Shown in pieces: positions 57,592 through 64,000 of a DNA stretch of 64,000 bases (the stretch's first letter is position 1; each line of letters begins with the position of its first letter). The notes beneath the pieces were generated by a model that saw only the letters and a list, made by a program, of their open reading frames with translations, made no database searches and was not told the origin of the DNA. Location of the stretch: positions 32,001 through 96,000 of the forward strand of contig JAWODM010000046.1 of assembly GCA_046483305.1 (NCBI GenBank), given 5' to 3'. The position numbers and the translations under genes were made by a program. This stretch comes from Candidatus Krumholzibacteriales bacterium. GTDB lineage: Bacteria; Krumholzibacteriota; Krumholzibacteriia; Krumholzibacteriales; WJIX01.

Positions 57592-59667
57592 CTAGTCGTC
57601 CAGAAGCACCTTCCGGCTCAATCTAATCTTCCCTTCCCTGTCTATGTTGATAACCTTGACTTTGACCTCGTCGCCGACATTCAGAACATCCTCAACCTTG
57701 TCAATCCGCCTGTTCTCAATCTCGGAAATATGCAGCAGCCCCTCCCTGCCGGGAAGGATTTCCACGAAAGCTCCGAAATTGACAACGTTCTTAACGGTGC
57801 CGGTATATACCCTGTTTACTTCAGGGTCAGCGGTGACTTCTTCGACCATCTGAACGGCCTTATCGCTGGAGGCCTTGTCGGAGGCCGCTATCAGTACGGT
57901 GCCGTCGTCGTCGATTTCAACTCTGGCCCCGGATTCCTCCTGAATAAACCTGACCATCTTTCCACCCGGCCCGATCACCTTCCTGATCTTGTCTATGTCA
58001 ACCTGTATCTTGACAATCTTGGGAGCGTTCGGCGATATATCGCTTCTGGGTTCAGGTATGGTGGCAAGCATCTTCTCCAGCACCTTTATCCTTGCCTTGC
58101 GGGCCTTATCCAGAGCCTCGCGCATCACCTCCCGGGAGATTCCCGATATCTTGGTATCCATCTGGAAGGCGGTAATGCCGTCTATGGAACCAACCACCTT
58201 GAAATCCATATCCCCGAGGTGATCTTCCAGGCCGGAGATATCAGTGAGGATAGCAAAGTTGTCGCCTTCCCTGACCAGTCCCATCGCTATACCCGCCAGC
58301 GGCTTGTCTATCGGTACTCCGGCATCCATCAGAGCCAGGGTGCCCCCGCAAACTGTTGCCATCGAACTGGAACCGTTGGATTCCATAATGTCCGAGACAA
58401 TCCTGATGGTATAGGGGAAATCCTCCTCGGAGGGAATAACCGGCTGAATAGAACGCTCCGCCAGCACGCCGTGGCCTATTTCACGCCTGCCGGGGCCCCT
58501 GAAAAATCCAACCTCTCCCACACTGTAAGGCGGGAAGTTGTAATGAAGCAGGAACTTCTTCCAGGATTCACCGCTGAGAGCATCTATCCTTTTCTCATCC
58601 TGGGAGGTTCCCAGAGTAACTACCACCAGGCTCTGGGTCTCGCCCCTGGTAAACAGAGCGCTTCCGTGTGTCTCCGGCATAACCTGGACCTCGCAGGAGA
58701 TGTCCCTGATATCATCCATGCCCCTGCCGTCAACGCGCCGGTTCTCTCTCAGGATCATATCCCTGACTAACTCGCGTTCGATATCTTCCATGAATCCGGC
58801 AATTTCCTTGCCCGATTCAGGATATTCTTCTTCAAACTTCTCTATTGCTTCCTTCCTCAGCCGGGAAAGGGCTCTCTGTCTCTTCAGTTTTCCCTGAATA
58901 GTATTTCTCTCCCGGATCTTATCGGTGTACTGATCCCTTACCTTCTTTTCCAGCTCCCTGTCGGCCTCGACAGCCTTGACCTCTCTCTTCTCAGGCAGGT
59001 CGCACTGCTGCAGGAATTCTCTCTGCAGCGAATTGAGTTCCTTTATCCTGGCATGTCCGAAATCCAGAGCGTCCAGCAGCAGGTCTTCTGGAACCCCGGC
59101 TGCTTCTCCCTCTACCATTACTATCGCTTCATCTGTTCCGGCGATCACTATATTGAGTTCGCTTTCCTCCGATTCGGCGAAGGAGGGATTAATGATAAAC
59201 TTGCCATCCTTCCTTCCCACCCGGACACCGCTCAGAATAGTGTCGAAAGGAATGTTGGAAAGATTGAGAGCCAGCGAAGCGCCCGTAATACCAAGCACAT
59301 CTGACTGCTGCTTCTGATCGCTGCTCAATACGCTGCACGCGATCTGAACCTCGCAGTTGAAACCGTCCGGAAACAGAGGCCTGATCGGCCTGTCTATCAT
59401 ACGGCAGCTGACTATCTCCCTCTCGCTGGGTCTTCCTTCTCTCTTGAAGAAACCGCCCGGAATCTTTCCGGCGGCGTAAAACTTCTCTCTGTACTCTACG
59501 AAAAGCGGGAAGAAATCCTTGTCGGTTTCCTCCTCGGAGGCGACTGCGGTAACCAGCACCGTAGTGCCGCTCTCTCTAACCAGTACCGAACCGTCTGCCT
59601 GCCTCGCAACTCTCCCGGTCTCGAATAATTGCTCTTTTCCATCAATCGTGAATTTCTTTCTTATCAT
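57592..59667 (-). CDS. pnp: Polyribonucleotide nucleotidyltransferase
   Basis: IPGGFFKREG, HGSALFTRGETQ, ESNGSSSMA, GDMDFKV, KH and S1 domains. Confidence 0.98.
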   Translation of the reverse strand: MIRKKFTIDGKEQLFETGRVARQADGSVLVRESGTTVLVTAVASEEETDKDFFPLFVEYREKFYAAGKIPGGFFKREGRPSEREIVSCRMIDRPIRPLFPDGFNCEVQIACSVLSSDQKQQSDVLGITGASLALNLSNIPFDTILSGVRVGRKDGKFIINPSFAESEESELNIVIAGTDEAIVMVEGEAAGVPEDLLLDALDFGHARIKELNSLQREFLQQCDLPEKREVKAVEADRELEKKVRDQYTDKIRERNTIQGKLKRQRALSRLRKEAIEKFEEEYPESGKEIAGFMEDIERELVRDMILRENRRVDGRGMDDIRDISCEVQVMPETHGSALFTRGETQSLVVVTLGTSQDEKRIDALSGESWKKFLLHYNFPPYSVGEVGFFRGPGRREIGHGVLAERSIQPVIPSEEDFPYTIRIVSDIMESNGSSSMATVCGGTLALMDAGVPIDKPLAGIAMGLVREGDNFAILTDISGLEDHLGDMDFKVVGSIDGITAFQMDTKISGISREVMREALDKARKARIKVLEKMLATIPEPRSDISPNAPKIVKIQVDIDKIRKVIGPGGKMVRFIQEESGARVEIDDDGTVLIAASDKASSDKAVQMVEEVTADPEVNRVYTGTVKNVVNFGAFVEILPGREGLLHISEIENRRIDKVEDVLNVGDEVKVKVINIDREGKIRLSRKVLLDD

Positions 59668-59745
59668 AAATCCTCTCCCTATAACTTCCTGACTGTAATT
59701 CACCCGGAATACACACCGGGCAAGACCGGACATTCAATAAGACAT

Positions 59746-60015
59746 CTATTTTCTAAGATTTAACTTCTTGATGAGCGATCTGTATTTTTCCAATCTGTGT
59801 TTCTTCAGATAATCGAGCAGTTTCCGTCTCCTTCCGACCATTTTCAGCAATCCCCTCCTGGAGGAATGATCCTTCTTGTGCTTCTTGAAATGCTCGGTCA
59901 GAATATTAATCCGCCTGGTGAGAATAGCTATCTGCACTTCCGGTGAGCCTGAATCAGAATCATGAAGCTGAAATTCCTCAATTACCTCTTTCTTTTCATC
60001 TTTCTCCAATGCCAT
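59746..60015 (-). CDS. rpsO: 30S ribosomal protein S15
   Basis: [35 protein letters not shown]. Start at MALEK after AGGAGG. Confidence 0.98.
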   Translation of the reverse strand: MALEKDEKKEVIEEFQLHDSDSGSPEVQIAILTRRINILTEHFKKHKKDHSSRRGLLKMVGRRRKLLDYLKKHRLEKYRSLIKKLNLRK

Positions 60016-60167
60016 CGTAAAACCTCCTTTGCGTACTGATTGTGTAAGAACGATGGCAGCAGAAAGGGACCTTCCCAATCCGCCACTGGAAAAATCAGAA
60101 TCCCGTATTTACTCTTTTACGAAAAATCGCTGTCCGAGTAATATCCGTTACTTCCAATTACTTTACA

Positions 60168-60195
60168 ATTAAACATAATCGGCATGAGTTGTCAA
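60168..60195 (-). promoter_or_regulatory. Promoter for rpsO-pnp
   Basis: TTGACA (60195-60190), 16 bp, TTTAAT (60173-60168). Confidence 0.55.
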
Positions 60196-60216
60196 TGAAT
60201 CTATTCAGCCGGCCGC

Positions 60217-61161
60217 CTATTCCGGAATGGCCAGGGCTCTCCTGGCCCTGACCGCATCCCTCTCCAGCTGGAGCCTGAGCTGATCCCTGTTGCCAAACTT
60301 TCTCTCCTCCCGGAGGTATTTGTGGCAGTGTATCCTGACGGTGTTTCCGTAAATATCTCCGGCAAAATCGAAGATATGAACTTCTATTTCGCCGGCGCCG
60401 GTATTCTTGATGGTGGGAGCCGTCCCTATATTCATCATCCCCCCCAGGCGGCTTCCCTCCACCTCGGCGGTAACGGCGTAAACACCGGAGCATGGTATAA
60501 GCTTTTCGCGGCCGCTTATCCTGAGATTGGCGGTGGGAAATCTGATCTGCCTTCCTATACTTTCCCCTTTCACAACTACCGCGTCGAAGAAATAATCGCG
60601 GGTCAGTCTTTCCGCAGCCATTTCGATATCCCCCTCTGAAATATGCTCTCTGATTCTGGTGCTGGAAACTATCTGGCCGCCCATGTAAGCGGGAGGCACC
60701 ACCGTAACGTCGAACCCGCAGCGCTCGCCCTCCTCCCTGATCAGGTCCAGGGAACCGGCCCTGTCCCTGCCGAACCGGAAGTCGTAACCGACCACCAGGT
60801 GGGACATTCCAAATCTTTCCAGAAGCCTTTCCCGGATAAAGCTCTTATAATCCAGGGAGGCGTAATCCGGGGTGAACCTGTCAATAACCACCAGATCCAG
60901 GTCAAAATGCCGCAGGATCGATTTCTTTTCCTCGAGGGTTGTGAGAAGCGGCGGAGCCTTATCCGGGGCGGTGACGCTGAGCGGATGCCTGTCGAAAGTT
61001 ACCAGCACAGCGCTTCGAAGGCCTATCTCTCTTCTCATCCTTATCAGCCTGCCGATTACCTTCCGGTGGCCCAGGTGCACTCCGTCAAAAACACCGATGG
61101 TCACAGCCGAGTTTCCGCCTGAGTATTGAGAATAATCTTCAGTTTCTTCAGCAAATCTCAT
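60217..61161 (-). CDS. ribF: Bifunctional riboflavin kinase/FAD synthetase
   Basis: GVFDGVHLGH, VGYDFRFG, SSTRIR, FPTANL, EVHIFDF. Confidence 0.97.
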   Translation of the reverse strand: MRFAEETEDYSQYSGGNSAVTIGVFDGVHLGHRKVIGRLIRMRREIGLRSAVLVTFDRHPLSVTAPDKAPPLLTTLEEKKSILRHFDLDLVVIDRFTPDYASLDYKSFIRERLLERFGMSHLVVGYDFRFGRDRAGSLDLIREEGERCGFDVTVVPPAYMGGQIVSSTRIREHISEGDIEMAAERLTRDYFFDAVVVKGESIGRQIRFPTANLRISGREKLIPCSGVYAVTAEVEGSRLGGMMNIGTAPTIKNTGAGEIEVHIFDFAGDIYGNTVRIHCHKYLREERKFGNRDQLRLQLERDAVRARRALAIPE

Positions 61162-61189
61162 ACCGCGAACCTGCTGTCATACCGCCCTG

Positions 61190-62095
61190 TCAACTATCGT
61201 AATTGAGAACCCGCCTGATGGCCGTGATCCGGCCCGGGCCTATCTCCCCAATACCCCCGAGCACTCCGTCGGGACGAAGAAACCGGACCAGCTCGCCGGT
61301 GGAAAATTCCGAACCGGACGGGACTCCGGGCGCCTTTCCGTCCAGAAGGCCGGAAGACTGGGAGGTGGTCATCCTGATCGCACTCAGGTGGCGCAGAGCC
61401 TCCGCCGGCTCCACACCCGGATCCACTCCCTTCTTCAGATCCTGGAAACTTCCTGAGGATATGGCCCGCTCGATGTCAAAATGACCTATTGATACTCTGG
61501 TAAGGCCGGTCATGTGAGAGGGCGCTCCCAGCTTTTCTCCAATCTCCTCGGAGAGAGTCCGGAGGTACAGCCCCCTGGAGCACTTTACCCTGATCCTGCA
61601 CATGGGGAGGTCCGCTGAAATCAGTTCTATACTCTCGGTATTGACCTCCCGGGGTTCTCTTTCTACCTCCCTGCCCTTCCTGGCCAATTTATAAAGCGGC
61701 TTTCCGCCATGTTTCAGGGCTGAATACATCGGCGGCATCTGCATTCTTCTGCCCGTAAATTCAGGAAGAACCGACAAAATATCTTCTTCGGATATTCCCT
61801 CCCACTCGCCCCTCTCAATAACCTCTCCGCTGGCGTCCTGCGTATCGGTCGCTTCCCCGAGCCTGATATCCGATATGTACACCTTTGGAAGATCCATCAG
61901 ATAGCCTGACAATTTGGTGGCGGCTCCTGTCAGTATCAGCACCAGGCCGGTCGCTATCGGATCCAGGGAGCCGGCATGGCCGATTTTCCTCAGCCCGACT
62001 ACCTTCTTGAATTTTCTTATCGAGTCGAAGGTGGTTATCCCCTTTTCCTTATTTACCGGAATTACCCTGTTGTTAAATTTCTCCCGCAGATCCAT
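61190..62095 (-). CDS. truB: tRNA pseudouridine(55) synthase
   Basis: GHAGSLDPIATG, PPMYSALK, CSRGLYLRTL. Confidence 0.95.
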   Translation of the reverse strand: MDLREKFNNRVIPVNKEKGITTFDSIRKFKKVVGLRKIGHAGSLDPIATGLVLILTGAATKLSGYLMDLPKVYISDIRLGEATDTQDASGEVIERGEWEGISEEDILSVLPEFTGRRMQMPPMYSALKHGGKPLYKLARKGREVEREPREVNTESIELISADLPMCRIRVKCSRGLYLRTLSEEIGEKLGAPSHMTGLTRVSIGHFDIERAISSGSFQDLKKGVDPGVEPAEALRHLSAIRMTTSQSSGLLDGKAPGVPSGSEFSTGELVRFLRPDGVLGGIGEIGPGRITAIRRVLNYDS

Positions 62096-62135
62096 CCGCT
62101 GTAATTCTCCCTCTCAGTCTGACCGTGATTCTGCC

Positions 62136-63128
62136 TCAACCGGCTTCATCAAGCATCGCCTGCAGGCTGTCTGTTATTAACCGGTGAGCGTTCTGAAGGT
62201 CATCATCTATCATCAAGCCCGCCGCGTTGGTGTGCCCCCCTCCGCCATATTCTTCGGCCAGTGAGGAAACATCGTGGCGGTTCAGAGAACGCAGGCTTAC
62301 TCTAACCTTTCCCGGTTCCATCTCCCTGAGGAAGGCGACCAGTTCCACCCCCTCTATAGCGGTGCCGAAATCTATGAACCCCTCTGTATCCTCAATCCGC
62401 CCGCCGCATTCGTCCAGCATCGAGGAGGTAAGCTCCATCACCGCAATCCGGCCGTCCCCGTAGAATTTCAGCCGGTTAAGGACCAGCCCCAGAAGCTTCA
62501 CCGCGCTGGGGCTTCTCATATGGTAGAATTCTCTTGCTATCTCGGAACCTCTGGCGCCCCTGGCCAGCAGCCGGGAAGCTACCTCCAGGGATTCGGAATC
62601 AGTATTGGAGAATCTGAAACAGCCGGTATCCATAATTATCCCCAGGTACAGACAATCCGCAATCTCCTTTGTTATCGCATCATCGCCGTAAGCTGATAGC
62701 AGATGGTAAACCAGAACCGCGGTGGAGGAGGCGCCGTCACGGACCAGATTCACCGTGCCGAACCTGGTGTTGGTGGGGTGATGGTCAATATTTATTATAT
62801 CTCCGGCTTCGCCGGGCTTGAAAATATTTCCCGCCCGTTCCAGGGTGGGAACATCCACGCTGAAGATCGCGTCATATCCGGCCGGCTCTACCAGGTCCCC
62901 GGTGAGAATTCTTTCCATCCCCGGTATCTTTGAATATTTCTCCGGAATATCTCCCGGAATAAAGAAATCCACTTCCTTGCCCAGATTTCTGAGAAAGGCT
63001 GCCAGGGCAAGCATCGAACCCACGCAGTCTCCGTCAGGGTCGACATGGGCCACCACCAGAAAGTTGTTTCCGGTTCTTATCAGAGATTTAACTCTGTCGT
63101 GGAGCTCTCCGAAACCCGGTTCAACCAT
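62136..63128 (-). CDS. nrnA: DHH-family oligoribonuclease/PAP phosphatase
   Basis: HVDPDGD, IDHH, DTGCF, VSLRS, GGGHTNAAG. Confidence 0.92.
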   Translation of the reverse strand: MVEPGFGELHDRVKSLIRTGNNFLVVAHVDPDGDCVGSMLALAAFLRNLGKEVDFFIPGDIPEKYSKIPGMERILTGDLVEPAGYDAIFSVDVPTLERAGNIFKPGEAGDIINIDHHPTNTRFGTVNLVRDGASSTAVLVYHLLSAYGDDAITKEIADCLYLGIIMDTGCFRFSNTDSESLEVASRLLARGARGSEIAREFYHMRSPSAVKLLGLVLNRLKFYGDGRIAVMELTSSMLDECGGRIEDTEGFIDFGTAIEGVELVAFLREMEPGKVRVSLRSLNRHDVSSLAEEYGGGGHTNAAGLMIDDDLQNAHRLITDSLQAMLDEAG

Positions 63129-63495
63129 CTCCCTCTTCCCCCTCCTCTCCGGATTCCTTGTGTATTTCGTCGATGATATTCTCGATCTTCATCGCTCTAT
63201 CCAGGGAAACATCGTAAACAAAGATAAGTTCAGGAATTTTTCTGAGGCGGAAATGATTCTTTACCTCATTCCAAATAAAGCTCTTGCAGCTGTCAAGCCC
63301 CCTCTTCACCTCTTCCAGTTCATTGTCATCGCCGATCATGTTGTAGTAAACCTTTGCCACGGAAAAGTCATCGGCTGCCTTGACCTTCTGGACGGTGACG
63401 TTGGCAATGCGGGGGTCCTTCAATTTTCTCAGAAAGAGCTCCGCAATAAACCTGGCCAGCTGCTCCTCCATTCTCGCTTTATATTTATCCTTCAT
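63121..63495 (-). CDS. rbfA: Ribosome-binding factor A
   Basis: KDPRI, AKVY, LRKIPELIFVYD, and operon position. Confidence 0.93.
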   Translation of the reverse strand: MKDKYKARMEEQLARFIAELFLRKLKDPRIANVTVQKVKAADDFSVAKVYYNMIGDDNELEEVKRGLDSCKSFIWNEVKNHFRLRKIPELIFVYDVSLDRAMKIENIIDEIHKESGEEGEEGDG

Positions 63496-63507
63496 ATCCG
63501 GGACACC

Positions 63508-63789
63508 TCACAAATACTCTCTCTCAATATCAGTGCATATCAAACCGGGGTTGGCCTCCAGGAAAGTTATTACCGACTGAACCAGGCTGTCCAACCCTCT
63601 TCTGCTGTTTGCCACCGTAACGATACAGAATTCGCTTCGCTGCCATTTATCCTGGAACCCGGTCTCACAGAAAGCTACGTTGAATCTGTTCCTGAGCTTA
63701 TCTCTCACGCTTCTCAGAATGAATCTTTTCTCTTTAAGAGAAGAACAGCCCGGAAGGTAAAATTCGATTATCAGACGCGCTATTATCAC
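63508..63789 (-). CDS. DUF503 (YlxP-like) protein
   Basis: SLKEKR...LRNRFNVAFCE...QDKWQRS, between infB and rbfA. Confidence 0.9.
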   Translation of the reverse strand: MIIARLIIEFYLPGCSSLKEKRFILRSVRDKLRNRFNVAFCETGFQDKWQRSEFCIVTVANSRRGLDSLVQSVITFLEANPGLICTDIEREYL

Positions 63790-63796
63790 AGGCCCT

Positions 63797-64000
63797 CTAT
63801 ATCGATCTGCTTTTTTCCTCTTTCACAAAGACCTGAAGAGTATCCCCCTCTTCTATATATTCGTAATCCTCTATCCCTATACCGCACTCGTATCCGCTCT
63901 GCACCACTCCCACATCCTCCTTGAACCTCTTCAGGGAATCAATCTTACCTTCGAAAACAATTTCATCGCCTCTGAGAACTCTGGCAAACGCATTCCTTCT
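63797..64000 (-). CDS. infB: Translation initiation factor IF-2, C-terminal end (partial)
   Basis: Hand translation: RVLRGDEIVFEGKIDSLKRFKEDVGVVQSGYECGIGIEDY...*. Confidence 0.95.
   Translation of the reverse strand, partial: RRNAFARVLRGDEIVFEGKIDSLKRFKEDVGVVQSGYECGIGIEDYEYIEEGDTLQVFVKEEKSRSI

Noticed and set aside
1..64000. CRISPR arrays, tRNA/rRNA genes, transposases, prophage or defence genes
   Set aside because: I saw no spaced direct repeats, cloverleafs or mobile-element proteins. Nearly all the sequence is explained by housekeeping and envelope genes.

Overview
Bacterial chromosomal DNA, almost all coded on the minus strand, from a diderm FCB-type organism. Ca. Krumholzibacteriota/Latescibacterota-like is my inference from gene content. 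Right to left: (i) the conserved infB-DUF503-rbfA-nrnA-truB-ribF-rpsO-pnp-dut block and a polysaccharide deacetylase; (ii) a plus-strand TPR/Zn-finger membrane protein and DUF4388 gene pair; (iii) asnS, a giant TPR protein, uvrA, gcvT-H-PA-PB, a lipoate ligase and Opp permeases/ATPases; (iv) a complete V/A-type ATPase operon whose K subunit carries the Na+-binding signature; (v) a ~21 kb envelope cluster; (vi) a Dpp-type ABC transporter with an SH3-NlpC/P60 peptidase, and the start of a probable major outer-membrane protein. The envelope cluster is the most notable part. It encodes a TonB-dependent receptor, two colinear 817-aa paralogs with T9SS-like C-terminal domains flanking a PorV-like barrel, a GWxTD protein, ExbB-ExbD-ExbD-TonB, TolC with a MacAB-like pump and a second GWxTD protein. 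It is a candidate TonB-energised, PorV-tethered surface uptake or secretion system lacking SusD and core T9SS genes in this window. I saw no rRNA, tRNA, CRISPR array or mobile element.
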